Positions 1 to 10,321 are shown, counted from the stretch's first letter. The stretch: 64,000 nt of DNA from an uncultured virus (IMG/VR IMGVR_UViG_3300033069_001715) (IMGVR_UViG_3300033069_001715), one strand, 5' to 3'. A program made the numbers and translations. Notes: a model not told the origin generated them from the sequence alone.

Positions 1-261
1 GCCCGCACCTGGAGTGAGTACTGCGATAGAGCTCCCAGTGTTGTGATAACTGACTAGTTGTTTCTCGACTCCTGCGAACGCAACTGTTGTCGGGGCACTG
101 CCAGTGATATCGTTCACCACTACAGCATCTAGACTCGTTGGCGGTGAAAGCTTCCATCGGTACTTGCCATTGGCAGCGTCGATGACGGCCTCGATCTGAT
201 AGCCGTTGTATGTGTCACCAACAACACCATTAGGTGCGTTAAAGTTTGCAAGTGCTACCAC
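1..261 (-). CDS. Virion structural protein, partial (runs off window)
   Basis: GTG at 261 lies just after the TAA of the upstream gene. The frame is open to position 1 (VVALANFNAPNGVVGDTYNGYQIEAVID...). Confidence 0.6.
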   Translation of the reverse strand, partial: MVALANFNAPNGVVGDTYNGYQIEAVIDAANGKYRWKLSPPTSLDAVVVNDITGSAPTTVAFAGVEKQLVSYHNTGSSIAVLTPGAG

Positions 262-262
262 G

Positions 263-643
263 TTATAGGGCTCCCCAGTTGCCGACTAGATCAAGTGATT
301 TGTAAACGCCCACACCATCAAGCCAGAACAGTTGTCCAATTCGAGCCGCTGTCGTAGGTAGAGTAGCTCCTGCGCCGGCGAGTAGGCCCGCTGGAAGAAG
401 CCCAATCTCCGTGTTGGTGGCCGTAACTACCCAGCCGGTGTTGCCTGTACCTGTGGCCTTGCGCCATTCCAGTCCCGTTGACTGATCTAGGCATCTTGAA
501 CCCACAGGAGCAGTGACAACCGATTCTGGCGATGCAGTGCTAAGGAACTGCTTTAGCAGTGCAGAACCCGACTTGATCTCGTAGTACTGACCCGAGGAGT
601 CAGTGGTGTGCGAAACCAAACCGAGTACGATGTTGCTGGACAT
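263..643 (-). CDS. Small virion fibre/collar-type protein
   Basis: Motif SPESVVTAPVGS...WRKATGTGNTGW is shared with the neighbouring ORF (TPENVITAVAG...YDKTGAGITGW) and is typical of phage fibre proteins. Confidence 0.55.
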   Translation of the reverse strand: MSSNIVLGLVSHTTDSSGQYYEIKSGSALLKQFLSTASPESVVTAPVGSRCLDQSTGLEWRKATGTGNTGWVVTATNTEIGLLPAGLLAGAGATLPTTAARIGQLFWLDGVGVYKSLDLVGNWGAL

Positions 644-672
644 AGTGGGAAACCTAAAACCTAGGACAAAGG

Positions 673-1491
673 TTACACGCGAAGGACGTTGATCTCATAC
701 GTGCCAGCAGCGAAAGCCGCCGGTGTGGTGACAACAACAGTGTTGACACCGTTTCGCTGAACAGGCATCACAACAGTGTCGCCATTGGCCGTGTCAACAA
801 TCTGAACAATCACCTTCTTGGAGTTCAGATTGTGAGTGACAGTGATTGTGCCGCCTGCGGTTCCAACTCCAAGGTCCGCGTTGTAACCTCGTGGCATTGT
901 GGTGAGCAGGTACGCATTGGCAGCTGACAATAGACCGGCGGTTCCGTCAGTGGCGACAGCGGTGGAGTTAGCAACAGCTGCTGGAATGGTGAAGCCAGTT
1001 CCGTTGCTATTGGTAATCGGCTGAGTTGTCTGAGTAGCCGCGCCAAGTGCCAAGTTGCTTGGACTGTCGCTGTTGTCGAGCTTATGAAGGTTACCAGCGT
1101 TGTCCCGCAAGAGCCAGTCACCGACTTGCCAATCAGTAACCGCTCCGAGGTTGACCGTCGTGACGCTGGTGGTACCAGCTACGCTGACGCGAGCATACTG
1201 GTTGTTGTTGATCGTCGGAGGAGCGCCAGTGGCGTCCCACGTACCGGCAATCGTCAACCCACCTACCGCTACTCGCTTGACCCAGCCAGTGATACCAGCA
1301 CCGGTCTTGTCGTAGATATCGCCGTTTGCGAGGTCGATGTATTCGTTAAGACCAGCTACTGCAGTTATGACGTTTTCTGGTGTGCCAGATCCGGCATAAC
1401 GGGTGATGGTTGCACTGCCGACAGTAACGCTTTCATAAGCACCGGCGGCGATGACCTGATCTACAGGTCCGATAACTTTATTTTTAGCCAT
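673..1491 (-). CDS. Tail fibre/whisker-like protein
   Basis: Thr/Gly/Ala-rich; GTWDA and DWQVGDW motifs; C-terminal TVTHNLNS beta-domain. Confidence 0.6.
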   Translation of the reverse strand: MAKNKVIGPVDQVIAAGAYESVTVGSATITRYAGSGTPENVITAVAGLNEYIDLANGDIYDKTGAGITGWVKRVAVGGLTIAGTWDATGAPPTINNNQYARVSVAGTTSVTTVNLGAVTDWQVGDWLLRDNAGNLHKLDNSDSPSNLALGAATQTTQPITNSNGTGFTIPAAVANSTAVATDGTAGLLSAANAYLLTTMPRGYNADLGVGTAGGTITVTHNLNSKKVIVQIVDTANGDTVVMPVQRNGVNTVVVTTPAAFAAGTYEINVLRV

Positions 1492-1507
1492 GATGTCTTC
1501 TTAGTGT

Positions 1508-2341
1508 CTAACCGAGAACGATTACCGAGCCAACGTCAGCTACGGCTAGAGGGCCGACGGTCAGCGTGTTTGAATCCACAATCTGAACCGGGACTGTAGT
1601 TCGCACGCCGCCGATCCAAACATCAACCAGTGGAGTTGTTGTTCCAAGGTTGTGAGAAACCGTCCACGTTGTAGCAGCAACCGCTTGGTTGTGGACATAA
1701 GGAGTAGCGCCAGTTGTCGGACTCGAAGGGGCACCCGGACTGAGATACGGACCCGTTTCAATGCCGGATGCACCAATAGACTCGATGCAGTAGAAGCCAG
1801 CGAGGTTTGTCCCATCGTCTTCGGCCAGCAAATACCAGTAACGCTCACCCGAAGGCATGGCCGCTCCAATGGCATTCTTCTCAGCAGCGCTGTGCAGTGT
1901 AAACCGAATCTCTAACCCATCGGTCTTGACCCACTTAAGGCCTGTGTACACAAACTGGTTCTGATTGACGCTGTCGTATCCGCTGTCCCCCGCAGCTGCT
2001 GGAAGAGCATCCCAGGTACTGCCGTTGAACTTGTAAGGACCGATGGCGAAGGCTGTTGTTGTGGAGATGCTTCCGTTGCCAGCCTTGGTGTTGAACACCG
2101 TTTGCCCAGTTGTTGGCGATGCCGGCTGATTGGCGGTGAAGTCTGCAGACCCAGCCCACACCAGCGAACTAGACTGGTTGGTCGACACCGGGACGATCTT
2201 CTCAAGAAATCGCTGTCGCGTCAGTCGGTGAGTTGGAGTTCCAAGGGTATCTAGCTGATTCCCGGCGAGGTTGATCGCTCCAGACTGAGGAAAGACATCA
2301 GTTCCAACTGTGCCGTACGTTCGTGTGTCTATGAGTGTCAT
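1508..2341 (-). CDS. Tail fibre/whisker-like protein
   Basis: YKFNGSTW and YTGLKWV motifs; C-terminal YVHNQAVAATTWTVSHNLG domain paralogous to the previous gene. Confidence 0.6.
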   Translation of the reverse strand: MTLIDTRTYGTVGTDVFPQSGAINLAGNQLDTLGTPTHRLTRQRFLEKIVPVSTNQSSSLVWAGSADFTANQPASPTTGQTVFNTKAGNGSISTTTAFAIGPYKFNGSTWDALPAAAGDSGYDSVNQNQFVYTGLKWVKTDGLEIRFTLHSAAEKNAIGAAMPSGERYWYLLAEDDGTNLAGFYCIESIGASGIETGPYLSPGAPSSPTTGATPYVHNQAVAATTWTVSHNLGTTTPLVDVWIGGVRTTVPVQIVDSNTLTVGPLAVADVGSVIVLG

Positions 2342-2400
2342 GACCCGCCTCTGTGATTGCTCGTAAATCTGATTAGGGTGAGCCTAATCTTTGAGCCTGC

Positions 2401-2438
2401 TATAGCTAAAAAAAGAGGCCAGGCGTTAACCTGACCTC
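2401..2438 (-). terminator. Intrinsic terminator after tail tube gene
   Basis: Minus strand GAGGTCAGG-TTAACG-CCTGGCCTC followed by TTTTTTTAGCTATA. Confidence 0.85.
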
Positions 2439-2466
2439 ACAATCCCCCTACACCTTCGTCGGTGTA

Positions 2467-2946
2467 CTAACCTTCTGTGTACGCCAGGCTCTCAAAGCTC
2501 AGCGTCACGTTGTTGTTGACCAAACCGTCCTGCGCACCAACGTTGAGAGCTAGCTGATTAGCTACAGCCAAGCCGCAAGTGAATCGCTGAGTTCCGATGG
2601 CCTTACTGGCTTCGCAACCACTCTTAAGCTCGAACTGAAGCTGATTGGCTGCAGCATTGCAGACGTTGCCGTAGGTCGAATAGAACTGCTTCATCGAACC
2701 ATCGGGTGTCAGCACCTGCTGCAAGCTAGCGTTACCTTGAGGACGACCAGAAGCCAGGGCGACCTTGCTTCGGTTAAGTGAATAAATCCGGCTGACTTGC
2801 TGACCGTACTGCATTCCCAGCTGACTGATCAGGTACGGCACGTAAGCGGCGTTGCCTTGCAAGTTTGGAAAGGTCAATAGCGTGTCGTCGGTGCTAAACC
2901 CACCGGCGAACTCCGCTAATCGGCGACCTAGGATGTCTGTGGCCAT
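2467..2946 (-). CDS. Tail tube protein
   Basis: 159 aa, immediately downstream of the sheath; beta-rich, with QQVSRIYSL...GRPQG and C-terminal NVTLSFE patterns of myovirus tubes. Confidence 0.7.
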   Translation of the reverse strand: MATDILGRRLAEFAGGFSTDDTLLTFPNLQGNAAYVPYLISQLGMQYGQQVSRIYSLNRSKVALASGRPQGNASLQQVLTPDGSMKQFYSTYGNVCNAAANQLQFELKSGCEASKAIGTQRFTCGLAVANQLALNVGAQDGLVNNNVTLSFESLAYTEG

Positions 2947-2978
2947 GGATGACTCCAGTTAAATGTTGAGTTGGTGAA

Positions 2979-5735
2979 TTAGCGGACGGTGCAGTTGAAC
3001 TTGATGGAATTGCCAGGACGACCTAGTACCAATTCGCCTTCAATCTCGAGTTCATCTGCTTGAAGAGCCGACGGCTGGATTGAAGTGATGATCAGGTCCA
3101 CAATCAGGCCACCAAGTTCAGCGGTGTTGCCTTGGTTGCGGAGTGAATCGCGAACGCTGTTAAGGTCAGCGCGGAGCTGGCTCTTGAGCACCTCCATGGC
3201 ATCGCTGTCATCGCTGATGTTGATTCGACCTGCATAAGGACGAAGGCGATCGGCGATAGCAAACAATGCCACGTGACGAGCTGTAACCATCGACTCTTCG
3301 CGTTTGGCCAAAATCGTTGTGTCGCCAGTTGTTACACCGTGACGAACTTTCACCACCTGATCGAGCTGATCATAACTGATGATCATGCAGCCGCGAGCAG
3401 CCAGGATGTTCAGATCGTTGACAGTCAGAATTCCCAGTCCGCCTACAGCCGAAATGCCTGGAACAACTTGCGTTGAAAGTGGCGCTTGCGGAAGTAGGTT
3501 CGAGCGAAGACCGGCAACCATAGCTGCAGCGTAGTAACCAGGGAGTACCTGGCCACCAACAGTAATGTCAGGAGCTAGAACGAAACGAGTTGTGTCTGCT
3601 GCGTACGCTGCTGCTTGATCGCCATAGTGCTGCGAAAGCTCAGCGGCGTTGAAGACTCGGTGGATCTCCACTCGGCGTCCCACGGTTTCTTGGAACAGCT
3701 GCGAATCGACAATCACGGTCTTGGCCGATCGAACTTCAGTGATCTTGCGCTGCTGGTAAACCTCTTTGCCCCAGGCATCGATTTCGTAACCATAGCGAAG
3801 GTAGTCACCAACACGAATGCCTAGAGTCTGAAGATCAGCGTTGGTACCCAGAAGGCGAACCTGAGTCCACTGAGTTCCAGAAGCCAAGGCGTTGTCTTCA
3901 CAAACAGCCAAAGCGATTTGTGAGTCCGAGGTCTTGGTGGCATCAAGAACTGCTGCTCCGTCTTCTCGAGCGCAAGACGCCCAAAGAACTCGGTAGGAGC
4001 TTCGTGACGGATCATTAGCGGTTGCGGTTGCTGCGGCGGCTGAGATAAGGATGTCCTTATCAGTTGTCAGCGGAACGTAGCTATAGACGGCCTGGCTTTG
4101 ACCAGCACGCTCAAAAGCGTCTTCCCAGTTTTGCTTATCGCTAGGGTCGCCGATGATGTAGACAAACACACTCTCGCCGCCGCAAGTCAGCCGCGTCAAC
4201 CTCGCAGCCTCCTTGAGCGGGTTGACCACGTCGGAAGGACCTGGCAGCGCATCGCCCAAATCGGTACGAGAGTTGATTTCAGTTACTGCGGTGCCTGATG
4301 GATACCAGGCTCGGTAAGTGACATAAAGCTTCGAGTAGTCTGGGCGAACTGTGGATGCCCAAAGGCTGGCGTTGATCGGATTTCCAGCTAGCGTCAGGTC
4401 CGCAAATGTCATGACGACACTTGAAGACACTCGAATTTGAGTTGGCTCGGCAATGTAGTTGAACACGCCGACGCTTGTGCTCTCAGCGGAGATCTCGACG
4501 CTCTTCTTACGATAGAACGTTAGGTTCAAAGCGGCACTGGCGTTGAGAGCCACGTTGTTTGGAAGCTCGTCAGCCAGGATCAGCGTTCGCTTGGTACCCT
4601 CAGCCGAAGCGGTGACGGCAACCGTCCACTTGTCGCCTCGAACAAGACGATTGGCCGGAGCAAAGTTACCAGCAAGACCGAAACTGCCAAGGGTGAAGTC
4701 ACCCAGGGAGGAGATTAGCTGAATGGCACCGCTGTCAGTTCCATCTTGACTGGAAACTCGAACTTGAGCTGTTCCCGAAGCAACGTCACCGCCGCGAGTA
4801 ACCTCGACGATGTATGTTCGATTGGCGGTACCAGCATAGGCTCCGGAAACCACAAGGTTTCGAGCACTCACAGCCTGGGACATTGATACAGTCCAGGTTT
4901 GACCAGCAGTAAAAGTCGTCACAGCACCGTTGGCTGAGAATGTTACGGCACCACCGCGGGTTGTCAGCGCGAGAGCCGAGCCTAGCGCAACCGATGTTAG
5001 ACTCGCATTGTTATCAGTATTTGAGGCGCTTGTAACAGAGAGTATGGCTACTCCCGGCGCTCCACCGACAACACAGCGGATGGTGTACGTTTCGTTTGGA
5101 TAACCAGCGACGTCGCCGATGTATGCGGTTTCGTCAGCAGTGATGTTGAGCTGAGTAGCCAGAACAGCGTTCTCGCTATTGCTGGCTGCTTGTGCTGCAA
5201 TGTTGCTGGCTGCTGCAACTGGAAGACCTGTAGTCGAAGCAATCAGGTCGCCAGAAGAACCAATGACATAGGTGAGTAGCTCAAACGGAGCCGAGGTCTG
5301 GTCAACGCCGGTGATATGCACAGCGTCACCCCTGGCCACTCCGCCGTCAATGAAGCTGGCCGTTCCAAACCCATTGGAGGCCACGATCTTTCCGGGGAGC
5401 CGAACGAGGTTTCGCTGGGACTGCAAAACCGCAGTTCCCGAGTTGTCTTGGAAGTAGCGAAAAAGACCACTGTCGACGTAAAGCTTAACGAAGCTCTTGT
5501 CGAGGATGTTGCCGCTGATAAGGTTAGGCCATGAGTAGACAGTTTCGCCTACAGCAGTGGGATCAAAGTTACCCAGCAAGCCCAGGTCTTTCTCGGCGGA
5601 TTCCGAGTATCGAACAACCTGCGCCAAGGGGCCAAACAGCAGTGCACGCGTGCGTCGGGCGGTTGAAACTGGGCGACCCGCAAACCTTTGATTGATGACA
5701 AGTTGTGGGGGTACTAGTGGAGTAACCATTCGCAA
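2979..5735 (-). CDS. Contractile tail sheath protein
   Basis: 918 aa; C-terminal sheath hallmarks (PGYYAAAMVAGLRS, LNILAARG, VRHGVTT, LRPYAGRINI, GRPGNSI). Confidence 0.85.
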   Translation of the reverse strand: MRMVTPLVPPQLVINQRFAGRPVSTARRTRALLFGPLAQVVRYSESAEKDLGLLGNFDPTAVGETVYSWPNLISGNILDKSFVKLYVDSGLFRYFQDNSGTAVLQSQRNLVRLPGKIVASNGFGTASFIDGGVARGDAVHITGVDQTSAPFELLTYVIGSSGDLIASTTGLPVAAASNIAAQAASNSENAVLATQLNITADETAYIGDVAGYPNETYTIRCVVGGAPGVAILSVTSASNTDNNASLTSVALGSALALTTRGGAVTFSANGAVTTFTAGQTWTVSMSQAVSARNLVVSGAYAGTANRTYIVEVTRGGDVASGTAQVRVSSQDGTDSGAIQLISSLGDFTLGSFGLAGNFAPANRLVRGDKWTVAVTASAEGTKRTLILADELPNNVALNASAALNLTFYRKKSVEISAESTSVGVFNYIAEPTQIRVSSSVVMTFADLTLAGNPINASLWASTVRPDYSKLYVTYRAWYPSGTAVTEINSRTDLGDALPGPSDVVNPLKEAARLTRLTCGGESVFVYIIGDPSDKQNWEDAFERAGQSQAVYSYVPLTTDKDILISAAAATATANDPSRSSYRVLWASCAREDGAAVLDATKTSDSQIALAVCEDNALASGTQWTQVRLLGTNADLQTLGIRVGDYLRYGYEIDAWGKEVYQQRKITEVRSAKTVIVDSQLFQETVGRRVEIHRVFNAAELSQHYGDQAAAYAADTTRFVLAPDITVGGQVLPGYYAAAMVAGLRSNLLPQAPLSTQVVPGISAVGGLGILTVNDLNILAARGCMIISYDQLDQVVKVRHGVTTGDTTILAKREESMVTARHVALFAIADRLRPYAGRINISDDSDAMEVLKSQLRADLNSVRDSLRNQGNTAELGGLIVDLIITSIQPSALQADELEIEGELVLGRPGNSIKFNCTVR

Positions 5736-5740
5736 CGCAC

Positions 5741-6436
5741 CTAGTTAGTATTGAACTTGATATTGAGGTATCGCAGCGGCATGCCGCCGGTAACGATTTG
5801 AACTACGTCCGTGTACTGTAGGTCAGCCACAATCGGCACGGCAAAAAAGTTAGGAAATTCTCGAAGCCTTCCTACCTCCCCTGCTTGACTAACGTTGAGC
5901 ACGTTGAGGTCGTACTCTTTGCGAATCACATGACTAAAGTGCGACAGCAGCTGCTCACATTCAGCTCCCAGGTGATCGGCCTGTCCGGCATCACGGCTCA
6001 TGGCAAACGTGACGACGCTGAAGGCATAGGAGTGCAGAAATAGGTTTCCAGGAGCACGACGATTGACCGCAGGTGCCATCATCCGGCTATCGCCAATGCC
6101 GAGCTTGTTCTTGGCTACGGCCCCACGGCGAATGAGTATCTTGGGCAAATCGGTAAGGTTGTCGCCTAAGTACTCGTCGAGCCTTCCGATTTCAACCATG
6201 TCTGGAAAATCGGCCTCAGTTGGAACTGGCGTTGGCGGAACTTGCTGGTCCCCTTGAGGATCGACGTAGCGAAGGTGAGCCACCGACGGCATCCAGCGAT
6301 GATCAGGACCTGGGGGAAGCGAGAAGTACTGCTTGAACAGCGACGACCAGACCGTTGGCATCTGAACGTATCGAACAGCGATTGGGCAGGCTGTCTGATC
6401 TGGATCGGGAGTTGAATTAAGAACCTTTTCGGCCAT
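5741..6436 (-). CDS. Putative tail terminator/completion protein
   Basis: Lies between neck and sheath genes; LPKILIRRG strand and alpha/beta pattern. Confidence 0.5.
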   Translation of the reverse strand: MAEKVLNSTPDPDQTACPIAVRYVQMPTVWSSLFKQYFSLPPGPDHRWMPSVAHLRYVDPQGDQQVPPTPVPTEADFPDMVEIGRLDEYLGDNLTDLPKILIRRGAVAKNKLGIGDSRMMAPAVNRRAPGNLFLHSYAFSVVTFAMSRDAGQADHLGAECEQLLSHFSHVIRKEYDLNVLNVSQAGEVGRLREFPNFFAVPIVADLQYTDVVQIVTGGMPLRYLNIKFNTN

Positions 6437-6635
6437 GTTGCCACCCGCCCATTCGCTCTAACGCTTCGTAAGGATTGGCTCCGTAATCAACGCCGTACGT
6501 CGGAGTGATCGATAGCTCTTTGACTGGAGCTACAGATGCACCCGCAGACTTACAGCTTGGTTTTGCGACAGCGCTGTCTCGACGCTCTAGCTGAAGCTCA
6601 GGCCTTTGAAAGGACCAGTTCTTATTATCGCTCAT
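6417..6635 (-). CDS. Small hypothetical protein
   Basis: Overlaps both neighbours (ATGA coupling upstream); contains the 16-bp repeat. Confidence 0.5.
   Translation of the reverse strand: MSDNKNWSFQRPELQLERRDSAVAKPSCKSAGASVAPVKELSITPTYGVDYGANPYEALERMGGWQHGRKGS
6565..6580. repeat. Dispersed 16-bp near-palindrome, copy 1 (GCGACAGCGCTGTCTC)
   Basis: Exact copy, reverse orientation, inside a CDS. Confidence 0.95.
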
Positions 6636-7483
6636 CGAATAACCGGGTAGCTGTAAATGACGTGCTTGGTGTTAACTCGAGCTACAGGAGCACTGGCCAT
6701 CAGCTCGACCGCTCCGAGTCTAACAGTGGTCGTCATTGGATTGCCAATCACCCATCGCTCATCAGTGTTGGCATCCACCCAAACATCGCCTGGAAACACC
6801 TGCGGGATGTGTAGCCAGGTAAAGCGATCGATCGGTCCATCCTGATTCCAGCCGGCCTCGAAAGTGAAGTTCTCTGAGACCTGAGTCTGAGAGCCTTCAA
6901 CAAAGAAGCAATTGGTCACCTGCTGAAAACCATCAATGAATCCAGCATCGAAACAAGTCAGGCACTGGGAGCGAATCTTTTGACGACCGTCGCGATCAGT
7001 GCAGTCCGGGCAAAGCTGTCCCCAACGGCTCCGCTTGAGCAAATAGCCCTCCCGAAGCTCACCGGTCTTGCAACGCTCATACCAGCGGCGAACCGCCTCT
7101 AGGTATGGCGTTGTTAGCATCTTGGGAACTGTATCAAAAACGTGCTGAATGGGAGATGCAGTAATGTTACCTAAGGCATCTCGAACATTGATTCGGTAGT
7201 ACAGCGTGTAGTTGGAACCCTGAACCAGCTGCTGCGGCACGGTGAAGCTGTTGGCTACTGCTGAAAACGGCATAATCTCGACCCACGACCCAGCTGCGGA
7301 CCGTGAATACTCGATGTTGACCTCCAGCGGTGGTGTTAGATTTACCACGCTGGGCATCAACGTCAGATCCCAGGTAATAACTGTTCCAGCTCGCGTCAGC
7401 GGAGTGATCCGCATCACCTTTGACTTGCGAGCGTCGCAAGCGGCATCAGCTGCACATGAAGGCGTTGTAGGACAGTTGCTCAC
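6632..7483 (-). CDS. Putative neck/head-closure protein with CxxC motifs
   Basis: YLLKRSRWGQLCPDC...QCLTCFDAGF; GTG start at 7483 follows the upstream stop at 7485. Confidence 0.55.
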   Translation of the reverse strand: MSNCPTTPSCAADAACDARKSKVMRITPLTRAGTVITWDLTLMPSVVNLTPPLEVNIEYSRSAAGSWVEIMPFSAVANSFTVPQQLVQGSNYTLYYRINVRDALGNITASPIQHVFDTVPKMLTTPYLEAVRRWYERCKTGELREGYLLKRSRWGQLCPDCTDRDGRQKIRSQCLTCFDAGFIDGFQQVTNCFFVEGSQTQVSENFTFEAGWNQDGPIDRFTWLHIPQVFPGDVWVDANTDERWVIGNPMTTTVRLGAVELMASAPVARVNTKHVIYSYPVIR

Positions 7484-7484
7484 G

Positions 7485-8576
7485 TTACGCCCCTGGGATT
7501 GGAATTGGATTAGACAGTGCACCTCGAAGTGCCTCACCAGCTAGTGCTGGAGCGTTCTCCACTGTTTCTTTTGCTACGGCTTTACCACTGGCTCCTACGT
7601 GCTGTTTGTCGCCATACTTCTTGTCGTAGTAAGCCTTGAACCGCTTCCACTTCTTGGAACCCACAAGCTTCTTGAGCTGCTCCTGAACATCTCGGTCATC
7701 GCTCTTTTGCCAGGCCTTACCGATTCTGGCTCCACCTACAACGCCCAAGGAACCGCCTAAGGCACTACCGCCCAGCGACAGAGCGATCGGAAGTCTTCGG
7801 GCTAGTACCCTGGATAGCGTTGAATCTGATCCTTCGAGTTTAGTGGCTAGAGCCAGGCCGCCTAGTGCTCCACCTACGCCACCAGCCAGTCCGCCCAAGG
7901 CACCGCCCCAGTATGTTCCCAAGGCTGATGGCTTGGAGTGCGTTCGCTCGTTAAGAACCTCAGCCACAAACTTGGGATCAGCCTTTGTCTTCTTAGCACC
8001 GCTTATCAGCGCGTCTGTTCCCTTATTCCAGGCCGCGTGCTCCTTCCATAGCGTAGTAAACGGAGCGATTCGGTAAACGTCAGCAGCGGTGTTGCGTAGT
8101 GCCCGTCCGATGTAATTCTCAGGAAGTCGGTAGTCGTTGTAGTCGATCGCATGGCCTAGCTCATGCATACCGACAGAAAGATTTGCCCATGGGTTGGTGA
8201 CACGATCAGTCAGTGAGTTGTACAGCGGCTCAGTGTCGTAGCGATCAGCCTCGTATTTAGAGCCAGCTGCACCCGCCCAGGCCAGAGGTGTTCCGATTAG
8301 GCCAAGGCGAGGGTTGCTCATCGCTCGGTCGTAGTTCTCGCTGACAGTAGAAAGTCCAGGGACGTAACTGGTGTTGTCCAGGCTTCCATTGGGAGCCCCG
8401 GCGCTCATGATCGCCAGAAGCTTCTTGACCTTGCGAATATCGGGCCTGCCTCGGTTGGGAATGTTAGAAAGCACCGTACCTTCAAACGTGTTGGCGCTCA
8501 CCCGCTTATCGTTGACGGTCTGGTAGTTGGGCGACAACGAAGCCGCTAGCTTGCTAACTTTGGCTGGATCTAACAT
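7485..8576 (-). CDS. HExxH zinc-metallopeptidase-like domain fused to glycine-zipper helices
   Basis: VGMHELGHAID plus downstream KEHAAW; C-terminal GGALGGLAGGVGGALGG helices. Confidence 0.65.
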   Translation of the reverse strand: MLDPAKVSKLAASLSPNYQTVNDKRVSANTFEGTVLSNIPNRGRPDIRKVKKLLAIMSAGAPNGSLDNTSYVPGLSTVSENYDRAMSNPRLGLIGTPLAWAGAAGSKYEADRYDTEPLYNSLTDRVTNPWANLSVGMHELGHAIDYNDYRLPENYIGRALRNTAADVYRIAPFTTLWKEHAAWNKGTDALISGAKKTKADPKFVAEVLNERTHSKPSALGTYWGGALGGLAGGVGGALGGLALATKLEGSDSTLSRVLARRLPIALSLGGSALGGSLGVVGGARIGKAWQKSDDRDVQEQLKKLVGSKKWKRFKAYYDKKYGDKQHVGASGKAVAKETVENAPALAGEALRGALSNPIPIPGA

Positions 8577-8583
8577 GAGTGCC

Positions 8584-9840
8584 CTAGAACATTGAACGGT
8601 AGCCGCGATACGCCGATTGCCCTGCTTTATCGGCCATGCAGAACTTCTTGTATTCTTCCCACAGCGTATTTCCTAGCTGAATGATTCGGAAGTACTTGTC
8701 GCGAGTGTCGTTGGTCAGACCTTGAGCCTGAATGGTCGACTGGTTTCGCATCATCCAGATTCCGGAGGTCACCAGCAGCTTGGCCACTGTGGCGTCAAGC
8801 CAGCGATTGCGATATGGGAAATTAGCTGTGTTGTAGTAAACGCTGTGCGGCGGAGTTTCGTTGTAGTACTCAATAGGCTCGAGCATTGCCGATACAATCT
8901 CAGCCACTGAGAACTCATAGACCCCCAGCAGGTCGTTAGACTCAGGCCAGTCCCGCATCTTAGTGCGAATGCGACTAAGTGTCAGTGGCCCGTGAACGTT
9001 GGTTACCAAGGCTCGGTTCAGTAGCGACTGTTCGACCGAAACAATCGATTGTTTCTGATAGGTAATTCCACCCTGGGTCCAAATGACCTCCATGTTGTAG
9101 ATACTCGGGTTGACCAGCACCACGTCAGGCGGAACCAAAATGAGCTTACCCGAGCGAATCTGCATGCGACCGTAAACAACAGGTCGGTTACAAAACGGAT
9201 TGTTGAACATCACCATTCGGTCAGGTAAACGCGTCAGGTCAACATTCGGATCGTTAGCAGGCGTAACGTCTGCTGGCCAGGTCGGAGCAGCGCCGCCTGG
9301 GAGCGTGAATTCAAGCGCGGAGTCGGAGTTAGCTGGAACAACATAGCCAGGCATCTGAGATCCACTGCCGCTGCAGATGTTGCCCTGCGATGCCTCAGGC
9401 TGAATGATTGATGTGACTGTTCCCAGCGGTCCACCTGGAGCACCTGGTCCACCAAAATCAGAGGTGAGTCCTACACCGCGACCAACAATTGGTGAAAGCC
9501 TGGGAAGTACCGACGTGCGGTTGTCCTGAGTCGTTGAGCTTATGTTAACAAAGCCGTGGTAGAGGATCGCCCCACCAACATCGAGAGTAGTGGACTGACC
9601 ACTGATTTGAACTACAAGCTCGCCACCAGGTCCAACAGTGATAACCCCGCCAGCGCTGACAACGATCACTTCAAAGTCGCCAACAAAGGCATCAGGGACG
9701 GTAAACCGATAAGGCTGTCCTGCAGGGTCGGTAATGACGTACCCCGCTGGATCAGGAGTCCCAGTGGAACTCTCAAAGGGCATCAGGTAGACCCGAACAT
9801 CCCCGGCTAGTTTGTCTGAATTGATTACGACTGTTGACAT
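8584..9840 (-). CDS. Putative head-tail adaptor/neck protein
   Basis: Helical C-terminal domain (RTKMRDWPESNDLL...YNETPP...NFPYR) with N-terminal beta domains; located in the neck region. Confidence 0.5.
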   Translation of the reverse strand: MSTVVINSDKLAGDVRVYLMPFESSTGTPDPAGYVITDPAGQPYRFTVPDAFVGDFEVIVVSAGGVITVGPGGELVVQISGQSTTLDVGGAILYHGFVNISSTTQDNRTSVLPRLSPIVGRGVGLTSDFGGPGAPGGPLGTVTSIIQPEASQGNICSGSGSQMPGYVVPANSDSALEFTLPGGAAPTWPADVTPANDPNVDLTRLPDRMVMFNNPFCNRPVVYGRMQIRSGKLILVPPDVVLVNPSIYNMEVIWTQGGITYQKQSIVSVEQSLLNRALVTNVHGPLTLSRIRTKMRDWPESNDLLGVYEFSVAEIVSAMLEPIEYYNETPPHSVYYNTANFPYRNRWLDATVAKLLVTSGIWMMRNQSTIQAQGLTNDTRDKYFRIIQLGNTLWEEYKKFCMADKAGQSAYRGYRSMF

Positions 9841-9845
9841 AAAGA

Positions 9846-9874
9846 AACTCCCGCCAGTCAGTCTAGCGGGAGTT
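9846..9874 (-). promoter_or_regulatory. Hairpin overlapping the RBS of 8584..9840
   Basis: AACTCCCGCTAG-ACTGA-CTGGCGGGAGTT ends 5 nt before the ATG; GGGAG lies in the stem. Confidence 0.5.
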
Positions 9875-9911
9875 CAAGAGCAATCGGTTTTTTGTCAGCG
9901 ATATCGTGATC

Positions 9912-10310
9912 TTAGACCCAAAGGAAGCCACCTTGGAATGGCACGATATGCGTTCCCTGAACAAAGTAGTTGTAGATAGCCGCTGGATCAGCTGGAGCCT
10001 CAACGCGCGCTGAAGCAAACTTGGTCTTAACTTGGCCACTGTAAGTCGCCTTAGCTACCAAGGTGATGCTCTCACCTAACTGAAATTCCTTGCCAACAAC
10101 CGGAGTAATTCGGATGAGGTAAGTTCCCGCGGGAAGGGCGGCGGTGATCGTGATTGTGTAGTCAGTAGTGACCGTCTGCAGTACGCCGTCTCGGTGGAGC
10201 TTGACGTCAGCTGCTAGTGGAGCCGAATCCGGAGCAATGACGGTGCCCAGTTGGGTATCGATCGCTGCAAGAGTGTAGACCAGGTCTAAGTTAGTGAAGA
10301 CTTGAAGCAC
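9912..10310 (-). CDS. Small beta-rich (Ig-like) virion protein
   Basis: Thr/Val-rich strands, GTYLIRITP motif. Confidence 0.5.
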   Translation of the reverse strand: MLQVFTNLDLVYTLAAIDTQLGTVIAPDSAPLAADVKLHRDGVLQTVTTDYTITITAALPAGTYLIRITPVVGKEFQLGESITLVAKATYSGQVKTKFASARVEAPADPAAIYNYFVQGTHIVPFQGGFLWV

Positions 10311-10321
10311 GGTTAACCTCT

